Shown piece by piece: positions 1 through 13,159 of a stretch of 64,000 bases of DNA (its first letter is position 1; the number at the start of each line of letters is the position of its first letter). Source of the stretch: Paraspadella gotoi. Taxonomy: Eukaryota > Animalia > Chaetognatha. The position numbers and the translations under genes are program-made. Where the stretch lies: contig CM119268.1 of the NCBI GenBank assembly GCA_051294375.1, positions 6,643,232 through 6,707,231 on the forward strand, in the 5' to 3' direction. The notes below the pieces were generated by a model. The model worked only from the letters and a program-made list of their open reading frames with translations. It was not told the origin of the DNA and ran no database searches.

Positions 1-188
1 GAAGGCTGAAAGGCTTCACACCAAAGTAACAAAGCCAAAGAAGTCCCTGATATTCCGGCTCCACCAGAATTGAAATTTAACATTTTCTCTAGCTCAAATC
101 GAAGCATGCCCAAACGATTCATCGTCTTCTCTTTATACTAATTAACCTGGAACGTGCCTTCAAACGTTAACCCGAAACTCGATCGGCG

Positions 189-2618
189 ATGGGCATTTCC
201 AGTTGCCCTTGCGCCGAATGCGCCCGAGTCTGCATTTGCAACACCCAATTTACAGAAAGCTCTCTGCCCGACAACTCCGCCTGCGCCATTGGCTTTCTCT
301 ACGCCAAGACGAAGCGCGACAAACGAAAGTTGTACGAATTGCGGTGGACGAAGGAATCGATCGCCTCGTTGGTGGAGAAAGCCCGCGGTTGCATCAACGA
401 CCGGCACCGACCGACCGACGAGGAGAAAGCTATCGACCTCGTCTCCCTGGCGACCACCTACCCGGAATGGGGCGCGCACATCGTAGGCGCCGCACTCGAA
501 CTTGGCGCCCACATAACCGACGCTCATCTCAATCTTGCGGTGAGTCGACGGAACATAGGCGTCTTTAAGCTGCTCTTGACCTCTATGCGTCTCAATCCCA
601 ACCCTCACGCGCCTCCGAGTCCGTGGTCGGCCCGGACGTGGTCGCGGATGCACGTGGTGTCGCTCGCCGAGGATTTTCTCAAAAACTTCGCCCACAACGG
701 GGACGCGTTTTTGCAGTTCTTATGTAAATTCGTCGACGAATACGACGTCGTAGTGGACGACGACCATCTGCCGCCGGTGCAATTTTCAGCCGCCGCAGAC
801 AGCGCCCGGCGATACATCAAAATCCTTTTGACTTTGGGAACCGGCGGGTTGGTGCTCGTCTCCGCGTCGTTAAATCCAAAGGAACGCCGCCTTATCGAAA
901 AGGTTCAAAAGGAGCTGACGAACAAATTACAACTCGATCCGGAAGTTCGAAAAAAGTGTCGGGCCGCGAGGGCGGCTAAATCCGGGCAGGAAAAAGACGC
1001 CGTTGCCCTTCCGAGCAACGCACCTCCCAACCATCTCAGTAACAATTTACAGATATGCTCTGTTAAAAGCTCGAAATCGGACTGTGCGTCGGAAGTAAAG
1101 AACAAAAATGGTTTTAACGAATCGGATGATAAAGATAAAATAACCGAGGACGGACCTGAAAATAGGAGAAAAAAAGCGACAGACATTTCAATAAATGCTA
1201 AAGGAGGAAATGGATCTAACGGTGCGGATCAATGTTTACAAATTGAAAATAAAGAAAATCGAGGTAAAGTTGCGAGCAAAAACTGCACCGATGTTAAAAT
1301 GAAAATAAAAGCTAAAAGCAAATCTCTTAAGGAAAGTCGGCAAGTGCAACCAAATAATATAAAATCCGATGACAATATTGCCAACAATCGAGAAGCGGGA
1401 GTTCAGGTAGAAGCTTTTAAGGAAAGAGAATTAAATTCAGTTTGTAATGTTGGAGTAAATACCGAAAATAAGGATTCGGAAAAAGGTTCTAGCGGCGAAA
1501 GAGAAATCAAAAATTACGCAACAACTACCGAAGACCGTGAAGGGACGAAAGAAAAAACTGCGACCGCATCTGAGAAAGAAGAAAACTGCTTGTACACAGA
1601 CATCGTCGCTTTTGTCGAGAAACAAGTGGAATCGAGAGTGGCCAGTCGAATTATCTCCAAACTAGAGGAAGCAACTCGCACGCTCAAGGAAGAATTGAGA
1701 CTCAGAGAAAAAAAATACGGCATTTTGGAAAGCGTATCTCGCACACAGAGAGATAATATTGTCAAGTTGGAAGCTGAAAAAAAAGGTCTGGAAACCAAAA
1801 TATCCGACTTGGTAAATTCTCATTGCGATTGTGATGAAAGACTCGAGGGTCTTAAATCGAAAATTGCTGAAGGTGTAAATGAGGCGAAAAATGAGATGGG
1901 ACGCATGATATCCGAGAGACAACAGGAAACGGAGATATTTAAAAGAAAACTGGTGGAATTTGATACGAAAACGGCGGAACAAGCAGAGCGGGAAGCCAAA
2001 CTTATAGATTTAAACAACTGTTTAAAAAACCAAGTAGAGGTATTTAAGCGGCAAACGAGAGTATTTGAAAGCAATGATCAGGAGGCGCCAAGCGAGGAAG
2101 AGATGAGTGAAATGAATCGGCTTACACCCACTTCACAATCTTCATCTCTACTTGTTAGTAACGAGTACATCCGTGACGCCTGCCTTCGCACTGGTCGGCC
2201 AACTGTTGGCGCCATTGAATGGCGCGCCTCTGACGACGATCGAAGACCGAGCCAGTCGCCAGATACAGCACCGACCCATCGAGGAGAGGATTGGCTCCTC
2301 GAGAAGCTCAGATCAAGACTTCTCCCCGTGACGGTTTTCAAAGACAAAAACATTCCTTGGACGATCGATCAACTACCGTCTAATCCTCGGTCTTCAAAAC
2401 GGTCCGAGTCGTCGCCATCCCCAACGAATCCCCGTTGTTTTAACGACTCATGCGACAGCGGCATCGAAGGACGAAAGCTTTACAAATGCGCACTCTGCGT
2501 GACATTGGTTGGAAAGAAGACTGTGCGCACTTATTGTCGAAGGGACTGTCAAAAAGCGCACTGGAAGGCTCGGCACAGATTAGAACACGTTGCTGTAGTT
2601 AGCTCTTGCTATGAATGA
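189..2618 (+). CDS. Intronless 809-aa protein: helical/ankyrin-like N-terminus, K/E/N-rich linker, coiled coil, C-terminal MYND-type zinc finger
   Basis: Long open frame. The C-terminus CFNDSC...KLYKCALC...YCRRDCQKAHWKARHRLEH matches the MYND pattern (YC..xCQ..HW..H). Only + strand gene found. Confidence 0.75.
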   Translation: MGISSCPCAECARVCICNTQFTESSLPDNSACAIGFLYAKTKRDKRKLYELRWTKESIASLVEKARGCINDRHRPTDEEKAIDLVSLATTYPEWGAHIVGAALELGAHITDAHLNLAVSRRNIGVFKLLLTSMRLNPNPHAPPSPWSARTWSRMHVVSLAEDFLKNFAHNGDAFLQFLCKFVDEYDVVVDDDHLPPVQFSAAADSARRYIKILLTLGTGGLVLVSASLNPKERRLIEKVQKELTNKLQLDPEVRKKCRAARAAKSGQEKDAVALPSNAPPNHLSNNLQICSVKSSKSDCASEVKNKNGFNESDDKDKITEDGPENRRKKATDISINAKGGNGSNGADQCLQIENKENRGKVASKNCTDVKMKIKAKSKSLKESRQVQPNNIKSDDNIANNREAGVQVEAFKERELNSVCNVGVNTENKDSEKGSSGEREIKNYATTTEDREGTKEKTATASEKEENCLYTDIVAFVEKQVESRVASRIISKLEEATRTLKEELRLREKKYGILESVSRTQRDNIVKLEAEKKGLETKISDLVNSHCDCDERLEGLKSKIAEGVNEAKNEMGRMISERQQETEIFKRKLVEFDTKTAEQAEREAKLIDLNNCLKNQVEVFKRQTRVFESNDQEAPSEEEMSEMNRLTPTSQSSSLLVSNEYIRDACLRTGRPTVGAIEWRASDDDRRPSQSPDTAPTHRGEDWLLEKLRSRLLPVTVFKDKNIPWTIDQLPSNPRSSKRSESSPSPTNPRCFNDSCDSGIEGRKLYKCALCVTLVGKKTVRTYCRRDCQKAHWKARHRLEHVAVVSSCYE

Positions 2619-3347
2619 GCGACTTTAATAATTTATTGCAGTTTGAAAAATTCATATCCGTTGCCAATTTTTTTGTATTGAGAATATTTGACATTTTGTT
2701 AACGACAGTAAAATTTCATTTTTTTAACTTAGGAATTTTCTTTCTCAAAATAATCTTAGATAAGAGTTCCAAAGCATTTTTACCATGAGGCAAATTAGGG
2801 ACTTTTTTGGTGGGCAATCTAGATGATTAGTCGCAAATCTGGTTTACTTGTCTTAGAGAAAAACGACCTCAATGTCGCAACAACTTTTCTGCGTCAGGTT
2901 GAACCTGAATTTTAAACTGATTGCTTCAGCGGTGGCGTCAGAGCGAGCATTCCCACCAAGCGGCCTTTGGTTAGCAACTCATTAGAGACAAACAAGTCAA
3001 TAATAGTAAACAAGATGTCTAATCCTCCTATAGTAGCAAACTACATTTAGATCAGAAATTCTGAAGCAAGAAAATGATTAATTTTTCCTGTCTGTGGCAC
3101 TAAAGAAAATTGGCTTGACAATGCCATGTATTGTTAGTCTTTACACTAGTAAACGCAATCTGATTATTACATTTCTTTGATGAAAAAAAAAAAAAAAAAA
3201 AGACGTCACGACTTTATTGAACACAGAACAGTCAATTAAATTACGTAAAATTCGGACCGTTCGCGACTCAACAATACACAAATCAACCGCAATTTTCATT
3301 TTGTTCATGTCGTAGACTTCTTGTGCATTTGGCACGGGGCCGGGGTT

Positions 3348-3734
3348 TTATTCGTCATCCTCGTAGCCGTCGGGCAGGGCATTGTACTTCGAATGGAAGA
3401 GGGTGTGATTCCCATCGCCCCAAGGGAACGCTTTTGACCGTTTGCGAAGATGATCATAAGCAATGAATTCCGGTCTGAAAAAGTCAAAAAGCATTTCTTG
3501 AGTCTTATCGCGTTCAATTCGAAATTGACGAGCAAAAGACCTTGGATGTGACAAGTGTTCCATCTCTCCGAGATAGGCGTTGACCCCGGTGAGAATGATC
3601 GCCGGAAAAGCAACGAAGATAGAAATACCCTTCCACATCTTCATGGATCCGTGACTTTGGCCGGCGCCGAGGCCTTTTCCTAACCTCACAAAGGAGGTGG
3701 ACAACTGACGCCGGATGGCGAGTCCCAAGGACAT
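3348..3734 (-). CDS. COX6A: Cytochrome c oxidase subunit 6A (2 exons; intron 3475-3540)
   Basis: MWKGISIFVAFPAI TM helix and PEFIAYDHLRKRSKAFPWGDGNHTLFH..YNALPDGYE. Removing the 66-nt GT-AG intron restores HPR-PEF. Confidence 0.95.
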   Translation of the reverse strand: MSLGLAIRRQLSTSFVRLGKGLGAGQSHGSMKMWKGISIFVAFPAIILTGVNAYLGEMEHLSHPRSFARQFRIERDKTQEMLFDFFRPEFIAYDHLRKRSKAFPWGDGNHTLFHSKYNALPDGYEDDE

Positions 3735-4080
3735 GGTTAGAGATTATTTCGCCTTCAGCGATTTGTTGTTTACTACAATAATTTTTAAAAATATGACATG
3801 GATAAAACAATCTGGATAAAGAGATTCCGTGGTTAACACGAAAATGATAACAAGACAATATTGACATAATTCTCAAAAACTTGTTTCTAACAAGGTTAGA
3901 CTACATGAAAATGTCATGTATGTACTGTCGAATAACTAATGAAAAACGAAACACGCGCGGCGCCCGCTTTTATATACCTACCCGACTGTTACTGAGTGAA
4001 ATACGACAGATTATAATCCTCGCTTGGGATGATTGGAAGAATAAAATCTCAAGCTCGGTAATTTCATAGCGAATAGCGAG

Positions 4081-4996
4081 TCAGAGAGTCTTTCGACGCT
4101 CCTCGAGCAAAATGTTTTGAACTCCTGAATAAATAATTCTTAACGCGTCGAGTCGAGGCCAGAGACTTTGGAACAAAGGATAAACGACGTCGTCCGTCGC
4201 GATTCTTGGATTCGACAATCTTGGATCCGTGGCGAGGAGTTTGACCGGATATCGAAGACCGTTGATCGAAGGAACACCCTCCAGCGGTTCATCATCGGCC
4301 TTGCTCGGAATACTCGATGGTCCCGACTCCGGCGACGACGCGCAGGTCGTTTCGAAAGCAGGAGGACGCGTCCGGAGGATAATGGCGAGGTAGAAGAGGA
4401 AGCGATGCATGGAGACGCCCTCGTTGATCACGAGGTCTTTGACGCGACTCTTATCGACAAAGAAAATCTCAGTGCGACCGGAAGCATAAGTTGTTGTGTG
4501 TTGAAAGCCGAGGGCGGAAATCACTGCGGTCATGGGATAAATTAGGAATTAGAGTTCATATAAAATTAGAGGAAATTATACGACGAAAGAAAGAAAGATC
4601 ACTCCTTTGGGATCTCCATTCCTCATTCCCCATACTATACCTAAAAGGGACTCTGATTTGATTTTTCTCCGCAGTTTCAGAAGTAATGCGAGGCATAGAA
4701 ATATGAAAATGGCGCCCAATATGTGTAGGTCTTTGATGTAGATTTCGAAAGCGAGTGAGAAGAAACTAGCGAGAAACAGAGCTTTCGTCAGAATTCGAAT
4801 ACTTTACTATTGTTATAAAATCGCTTTTCACATCCAGACCTCACCTTAACGAGGCTGTCAAAGTAAGCCACTTGCCATAATTGAAAGTCGGCGCGGCGAC
4901 GACGAACTCTTTGCATATTCCTGGGGAAAGTTCGCGAATTTCCAGGGTCAGTTCTTGGCCAAACACATTTTTGCATTTTGAACGAGAGTCGAGCAT
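4081..4996 (-). CDS. PIGH: GPI-GlcNAc transferase subunit H (3 exons)
   Basis: Spliced reading gives MLDSRSKCKNVFGQELTLEIRELSPGICKEFVV..., a TM segment, then KIKSESLLVISALGFQHTTTYASGR...KDLVINEGVSMHRFLFYLAII...YPLFQSLWPRLDALRIIYSGVQNIL. Confidence 0.85.
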
Positions 4997-5591
4997 AGTA
5001 GGGGCGCGCGGTCGTAAAGGAAAAAAAATACGCTTCGTAGTTTGGCCGATTCAAAAGTTTACAACCGGTAGCTTGATACTATCAAGAAAATAAACACGCA
5101 TCATTTCTTTTGACAACAGTGAGGGTCAGGGAAGGAGGTTTTTTTAAAAAAAAGCAAAATCTCGAATCGGATTAAAGGTTGCATTGTTTCGTGCAGATCA
5201 AAAGTGGTATCTCTGATGAGCGGGGTTTATGTCCAACATCTCCACGGGCTACATTCTACGTTCTAGTGGGGGGGGGGGTCATGCGCAATTTTTTTTTATG
5301 ACGAATTACCCAAGGAAAATAAAGGTGACATTCTGAAAAGCCAGACTAGCGATTTGGAAGCTGCAGTCCCTCGATATTCTTCAAATAGCAACCTCACGAC
5401 AGCAATTAATTTAATTAAAACTCAATCGCCTACGTATGTTCAATAATTTTTGTCACTACCGACTAGATTATACAGCGGTTACTATTCATTAAAAAAAATT
5501 CTTACGTCTACGTAAGGGGGTTTTAAATTTAGTCCATGTAGTTAGACACGATCAAAAGCCAGTAAAAACAACATTCTCCGACTCCTTTTCG

Positions 5592-7800
5592 TCAATGTCT
5601 GGGCGGCTGAGCGGCGGCCTCGGCGACTGCGGCGGCAGCGGTTTCAGCCGCCCTTTCTTTTTCGCTGGCCCTAATGGCCTCAAGGCGCAGCGCCTCTTCG
5701 TAATCCAGCACCTGGCGCTGCACTTGCCGTTTGTACTGCTGCTGTTTGTAGTAGAGCTTGAGCAGGCCCTTGAGCAAAAAAAAGCTAAACCCTCCGAACA
5801 TGGTCCGCCTGAAATTGTTTCTCTGTTTCTTGAAAAACATTTGCCCGAATACTGTGGCGATGGTGGGCCACATCATGGCACCGACGAGGATGCGAGTGGC
5901 GCTGACGGCGTCGGCGATCGTCGAAGGGTCCGCCGGAACTCGCGTCGTCTTGTTAACCGGCGACGTTCCAAAGTAGGGCTAAGAAGTGGGCAAAAAATCT
6001 TAAAAGTATAGTGATCTCGCCAGACGTTACTGTCAAAGAAAATTAATGAAAAAATCCGAAAAATCCGAAAAAAAATGAATGATTGATAGGATAACGAATT
6101 ATTGATGTAATAATAATTGATTAATTGATATAATAGTAATTGATTGATTGTTTGATGTAATAGTAATTGATTGATTGTTAGATATAATAGTAATTGATTG
6201 ATTGTTCGATATAATAGTAACTGATTGATTGATGTAATAGTAATTGATTGATTGATGTAATAGTAATTGATGTAATAGTAATTGATTAATGATGCGATAA
6301 TAACCAAAGGATTGGTACGATAATAACCAAAGGATTGATGCGATAATAACAAAAGGATTGATGCGATGATAACCAAATATTGATGCGATGATAATCATTC
6401 ATTGACGTGATGATAGTTATTCATTGATCCGATGATAATCATTTATTGATGCGATGATAATCATTCATTGTAAATAAAATCAAACAAATGCGTGTATGAC
6501 ATATATGAGACATGAGACATATATTTAAAAGAGTAAGAGATAGAGAGCTGGACAGCTGAACTAAATAAAAATTGTTTTATAAATAAAACAAACGAGTGTA
6601 AGAATATGAAACGTGTGTATCTAAAAGATCTTGCTGATTAAAAGCTATATCTAAATTTTTCGCTTCTTATGGTTACACACTTGAGCTATTTTCAATATTA
6701 AAACAGCGTGACGGCGACGACGGCTACGGTCACAAAGAAGCCAAAGCAACCCGAATCACGCCAAGACGAGATAAAAATAATGTCATAGTAGTTTAAAATA
6801 TAATAACAAATCGACATAAAAGATTTAATTACCTGCCAATAGGTGCGGTACAACTGCAGAATGTAGTCTTCCCAACGAGTCATTTTGGCGAGTACCAAGC
6901 CAACGGGAATAGTGGGCAAACCGATGAGGAGGAGAAGAGGGTCGCTCTCTTCCATCCAGGTCAACCCCTCTTTGTGACCCATAACCTGCATTAGCGTGAT
7001 GGCGCCGTAGGTGACGGCGGACCAGTAGGTAGCGCCGATAAAAATAGCGCCCGCGATGTAGGGACAAGATTTCGAGATGGTGTTTTCGGCCAGGTTAAGA
7101 AGGTGAACGGCGTGATTGATTTGTGGGAAGATGAAGGCATATTCCTTGTTGCACTGAGGACAAAACACTTTCGCCACAGAGTTCCCCTTTTGTTTTTCGT
7201 CGATCCACCTTAGTGAATAACGATTGCAAAATTTCATCATCTATCCGCAAAAATAAATGTATCCTTTCTATTTTAACTTAACACTTTTGACGCCTTCATA
7301 TTGAATCTACTTATGAAACCGTTACAATCATTTACTCTGAGTAAAAATACGAAGATGCTACCATAAATTTAGATTTTCTTCCCGACATGAAATTTACTCC
7401 AGATGACATGATCAATTGATAATTGATCAATGATCATCCTCTTTTATTTCTTTTTGCCCTTTTCATTAACCTTATCGCGATTCCGAGAGACGAAAAATCA
7501 AGAAAAAAGTTTTAAATGTCACTTAAATGGCTGTCTCACCAGGCTACCAGAACACTTGTTTTCGAAATTTTTTTATCACCATTTTCACGCTGGAACTAGT
7601 GATTTGCTACAATACCTGTTGAGACAATTCTGGTGAACCCATTTCGTGGTTCCGCGACAACCGCAAGGGCGCACCCACTCCTCTCGCGGCGCGTCTTCCT
7701 CGGAGGCGAAGCAGACCCAGCAAGTGCGAGAGTCGTCGGCGAGGGAGGGCGAGCGGAGATGAGCAAGCGGCGAGCGCGACGGAAGACGAGGCGACGCCAT
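5592..7800 (-). CDS. MARCHF5: Mitochondrial RING-CH E3 ligase MARCH5/MITOL (3 exons)
   Basis: RTCWVCFASEED...WVRPCGCRGTTKWVHQNCLNRWIDEKQKGNS...CPQC; YWSAVTYGAITLMQVMGHKEGL; ADAVSATRILVGA...YYKQQQYKRQVQRQVLDY. Confidence 0.95.
6095..6470. repeat. AT-rich minisatellite (~19-23 nt units, e.g. GATGTAATAGTAATTGATT grading into GATGCGATGATAATCATTCATT) in MARCHF5 intron 2
   Basis: Direct tandem copies visible in the sequence. They explain the spurious I/N/Y/Q-rich ORFs in the track. Confidence 0.85.
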
Positions 7801-8292
7801 ATCGAACGCAGGCGTGTAAAGGGCGGGAATAACGCACGAGTCGGAAGGGGATCTCCGGAAATTATTCGGAATCTTGAAAAGACTCGGGAGCGTGTCAGTA
7901 AAAAAACCCGAACGGAGCGATTCCAAAGCTAAACGAATGATCCCGGCCGAAGAAACATCGTGAATGAAGCTCTCGTAATAAATACGGAAAAGAGAGGAGG
8001 ATAAATTCCTTGTATTTGGTTTTTTTTAAAAATTGGCATCAGAAAAAAAAAATCTATTCGTGGCATAAATAAAGACAAACATAAAAAAATATTAACGACA
8101 CCAAAGAAAATACAGATAGCGCGACTACGTGCTTGGCTCGTGATCGCAATCACCAAATAATTTTTATCACAGATAATTCGATCGGAGTGCACAAAAAAAA
8201 AAAAAGAAATAAAAAATTAAAAGTGTAATCAGTGAGAGAAAAAAACCCAGACTGATAACGAAAAAAAAAAGAGTCTCTCGCACTCTTTGGAT

Positions 8293-11200
8293 TCATTTGA
8301 AATCGAGGACGAAAGTGCGAATCTGCATCGGTTTCAACACAATCTTCGTTCCTTTTCCCTCGAAATTCCCACCGACTTTGTCCGGAGTGGAGGCTCCGTT
8401 CGCGGCCCTCCACACCAGTCGGCGCGCGTTGGCCAGGTCGCGGTTGGCGCCCAACGTCTTCTCCGTGACTTTGCCGACGGCTAAACCGGCGAAGAGATCG
8501 GCGACGTCGACCGTCGCCGGTTTGGAAAGGATGGGATCTTCGCCCGCCTCGTAAAAGTGCTCGAGGCGCAGCAGGACGGAGCGACCCTCCCACGGCTCCA
8601 GCGTTAGGAGATGGACGTTGGGCGGTAAAGGACGCTTCAGGCCAGAGAACGAAGTGTGAAAGAATCTTGAGTAATCGTTGAAGTGATAAGGTGAGGGGGA
8701 AAAGGTAAGAGAGGGCGGAAGATAAGTTTTTTGAGCAAATGGGCGATGATCCTTCGCTGCAGACGACGCGTGGTGGAGGAATACGAAATGACTTCCTCTC
8801 ACCACTAACCCTGAATTAAATAGAACAAGTGAGTTTAAGAAACTACCTATGACTATGCCATACATAAAAAATATGTACGTAGTAGACTAAGAAAACTAAC
8901 CTTTTCCGGAAATTCCCGTTTCGTTCAAAGCCTCATCAACGCCGAAGGCATCGTCGTACAGACATCGTCGGTGCAGCATGAGTTCGATCTGAGATCAAAA
9001 ACATCATTTTCACCTTTCTCAATGACCTCGCTCGAAAAACTGCTCTTTTATCCGACCTGTCCATCATTGAGAGAAGAGCCACCTTGCGATCGATCCGTTA
9101 ACACTGTTAATTGTAAATCTTTCTTTAAGTCTTTGATGTAGATGCGGCTGTTGACCTGTAAAACAAATGATCTCCAACTATAAAACTGGTACAAACAATT
9201 CATGGAGAAAATATGTTTGAGCGAGTTGTTAAGCTTACCGGGTAATAATTTCCGGCAACGGGTTCGGTGATGTTCAGCTTCCAAGTGGGCCGGAAGTTGA
9301 CCTTACGACGCTGCATCTCCCTCCCGTTTGAGTCGGTATAGAAGACTTGGTCGGAGGTGAGGTCGGAGGAGAAGCGGGAGATGATCTCCTTCCCAACGCC
9401 GTCGCCGACCGGAATCGGCCCGATCGTCCACGAGACTTCGAAGTGGGGGGAATCTTTGTAAAGACGGATCACCTGGGGGATCGGAGGAGATCGGGAGTCT
9501 CGAAAATCTTTTTTTTTTGTTCAAGATCATTGGCAAATGACGAAGAAAGAGAATCGCAGACACGGCACCTGAGTGGCCCAGTCGGTGAAAATTTGACGAA
9601 CTTCGGTGACGCTCTTCCCGGCGACGACCCGAATCTTCGCCGCGTCGGCGATCGTCTCGGCCTTTTGCTCAAGAGGGCGAAAGACGTAGGCACCGGAGGC
9701 GCGAAATTCAGGTTTGGTGTTGTTTCCGGGATGAGAATCATAGTAGAGAAGATCCTGCCGATGTAATTGATTTAAAATTTAAATATTTATTTAAATCTAA
9801 TTCAAACTTTTCTCAATATTTAAAATTAAAATTTAAAAGTAAAATTTAAAAGTAAAATTTTGCCTAAATATTTATTTATATCTTTCCGCTGACGATATAT
9901 TTCATAACTTTCTTTCCAACCTGAATGACTTTCTGCTTTTGTCCAGAATTTAGGTTGGCCACCTCCGCCAGTTTTCCGCTCGTCCCGTCAAAAGTGAGTC
10001 GGATTGCTCCATTGTCGACCACCACGTCTTTTCCTTTCGGATTATCGAGTTGGCGCGCCGTCTCGAAATGAGTCTTCGGGGTCGACGATTTGTAAACAAG
10101 GTAAGTGGCAAATCCCAAAGCGGGTAAGCGCATGGGAAAGACCAATTCGTGAGTGGCCTTTGATTTTCGGCCTGGTAGAGTTTTTGTTTCTGCGAAAGCA
10201 AGAATGGATTTCTGAATCATATGCATGCACGTATATTTGTTATCGCCTTTGGCTTTTCAGGCTTTAAAATCAAATCAAATCAACGAAGTGCTTTACCTTC
10301 GGAAATTTCTACGATCTGGGATAGTACTTGATTGCCATTCGGATCATTGACCAAAAAGGATGACCCACTGGGTGCCTCGACTGGCAAACGCACCCAGAAA
10401 GCCTTCCTTTCCCATCCAACCGGATTATATCCCGTGACAGTAAATAGGTCGTAATTTGCGGATTCCGAGCACTAGAAAGATCACTAAGAATCATGGCTAT
10501 TGTCATCAGCAAAACATCAACATCCAAATAATTATTTGGGCGCCCTTTTCTCGATTTTTACCTGGCTGATGTTCAGTAGCGGACAGAACATCTGCGGCAA
10601 GGGCGCCGGCGTCGCCGTGTCTTCTCTCGGAGATTCGCTGCCGATCGGAGCGGTTTTGTTCATGAGTTTGCGAAGGGCGGGATTCACTACGCCGTCCGCC
10701 GCTGGAACCAGCGCCTCTGTAAGGCGTTGTGCATAATCGTAGGCCACGACCTGATAGGGAACAAAGATTCAAGCGCGTTTGTCGAGAATGACTAAAATTT
10801 ACGACGGATCTGGTCGAAAAACCTGTTTCTCAGTTCCGGAAATTGCGTCGTGGTGCTGGAGAACGCCCAGTGCCCGGCGAAGCTGGTTGATTTTGAATTG
10901 CGAACTAGGAACCGGTTATTTAAAGGTTATTAATCATTAATGGCAGACTTGGTTATATTTCCATCCTCAAACCTATGGGCAACGTCGAGTTGAGACAAAA
11001 CGTCGAGCTGCTTAACGACTTGAAGAAAAGCGTTGGCCTCAAAGGCGTAACGCTTGAGGGCCGGTCGTGATGTAAAGTAGCCCGTCCAATATGTGTGTGG
11101 CTCGCTAAAAAAATAAATAGTGAAATTTGTTCCATCGCCGACGATTACGAAGAAATATTTGCGCCCAGGACGCACCTGGCGTAGGGAAAAAAGTCGTCCG

Positions 11201-13159
11201 ACTTGGTGGGCCAGGTTTCATTGGTTTCGTGGAGCGCGTATAAATAGCATGACGGCGTAGAATAAAAGAGATTTATCTTGCTCCCGTTGACTTGACGTTC
11301 GTTCATGTGCTTGATCAACTTGTCTAGGTTCGTATACCTATATTTTTAAGATTTTAACTTGTTTAGTAGTATGTTCTAATTTAAAGTATATTTTTTTGAA
11401 TTATTTACCAGACATTAGCGTCAAAATAATTGAAATCGGTACCCATGGTGTTGATAATATGTTCAGTTTTGTAGTTCTTTCGCTCTTTAAGCGTTTGGTT
11501 AATATATTTCTCCAACTTCTCAATCAAATTATAATCTTTCATCCGTTTGTCGTCTTTTATATCATCCGCGCCGTACCTAGGATAAAGTAGAAAAAAAAAA
11601 AACAACTAAAATTCTTGCTCTATTAAATAAAGTAGTTTGAGAGGACGAAAATCTTAAAAATTTTTACAATTTAAAGCTCACTGAAAACTGATTGCAATGC
11701 ATTTAAAAAAAAGGATTCATACATGAGTCTCCTTTCTTCCCCGAGTCCTTACCATCCGAAATTAAAACCATCCGGTGGATTATAGCCATTCGGCAGTACT
11801 CCAGTAAACAGGGTGCTGAAGGAACCTAGATTATTGGGGCTCCCTGTAGGGGGAAAAAAGTATCAAAATTGGCTACAATCGATGACCTGTTTTTCTATTA
11901 TGTAGTATGCTTTTGTAACCGGCATAATCCGATGATTAGCAAAAGCTCAAATATTATGTCCGGAAATTTTGAGTCGATAACGTAAATTATACCAAAATTT
12001 TTACGAACCGTTCCACAGCATCTCCATAGTTTTCTCCTTTTCCCTTTTATTCTTATCGTCCTGGTCGAGCCTGCCGAAGAATAGGCCGTCGAAGCCGAAC
12101 TGGGCGAAGATGGAGGCTTGCTCCCGAGAGTGACCAAACGGGTCGATCTGCCATCCGATCTTCGGAATTCCGCATTCGCCGAAGTTCTAATAAGGGAATC
12201 GCGATGTTATATTCAATTCCTGGGGAGATTTTTGTGGCAAAACTACCTAAGGGCGAAATAGTTTACATACATTTTTTTTCTCTTAATCTACGGAAAAGAT
12301 TTATATACCTGTTTAAGAAACTGGAATCCAAGCGTGTGTTGGTCAATGATGGGGCTGTAATGCGTCGTCGCCTCGTCGTTCATCGACCATCCACCGAGGA
12401 TGAATTCAAACTGACCATTGCGGACGAGGCGTTTGACCTGAAGGCCAAGGGGAGCGTATCTAACTTACATCCCCCAAAGCGACAGATACAAAGAAAAATA
12501 ATTGTATATGTATATTGTATAATAACATCTAAATCACCAAGTGGCGCATGCGATCGTGCTGCTCGTTCCACCAGCGATAGAAAAAGGCTGATTCGACGTA
12601 GATGAACCTTTTGTTCGGATCCTCTGCTAATTGCTGCACGACCGTGTTGAGGATGTACTGCACGTAACCTTGGCACCAAAGTAACGCATTGTAATTACGA
12701 TCACCTTTATTTTGCTCAACGATGAAGTTGTGGACGACACAAATTTCAGAGTAAGACTGAATTTATTCTTTAACATGCTAAGACTATTAAAATGGTTTTT
12801 ACAAGGTCAAAGTATGACCATAAAGAGACAGAAAACGATCGAGGGTAGGTTTAGTAAGGTCAGGTTTGACCGAGGTTGCGTGTGATAATTGTTCGTCCAC
12901 AAAGTAATCATTGTTATTGGCATCTTTCGCTCCTTAAATATTTTTTTACTGGCAACTTACGGTAATAGTACTGATCTACGGTGGTTAGCCAGCCAACGTC
13001 ATCGTGAGTGTGGGGCACGATGTGAACATTGATCATCCCGGGTTTGCCCTTGGGACAATTATCGTATGAGCACGAGGTTCTTGCACCGTGTAGAAACATG
13101 ACGACAAGAATCGTGGAAGGAATTAACCAATTCATGATTGTTTTTTTTATATTCGACAT
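8293..13159 (-). CDS. MAN2B1: Lysosomal alpha-mannosidase (GH38), multi-exon; start 13159 or 13135
   Basis: Signal peptide, [88 protein letters not shown]-terminal LKPMQIRTF. Confidence 0.95.

Noticed and set aside
4788-5054. ORF-track frame MQKCVWPRT... as PIGH exon 1
   Set aside because: A different frame starting at ATG 4996 matches the PIGH N-terminus and splices in phase to exon 2.
5211-5260. CTGATGA hammerhead or C/D snoRNA core (also at ~13398 and ~42868)
   Set aside because: No properly placed GAAA and stems, and no convincing terminal stem or D box on the transcribed strand.
5873-6398. 167-aa and 99-aa I/N/Y/Q-rich ORFs
   Set aside because: They are translations of an intronic minisatellite.
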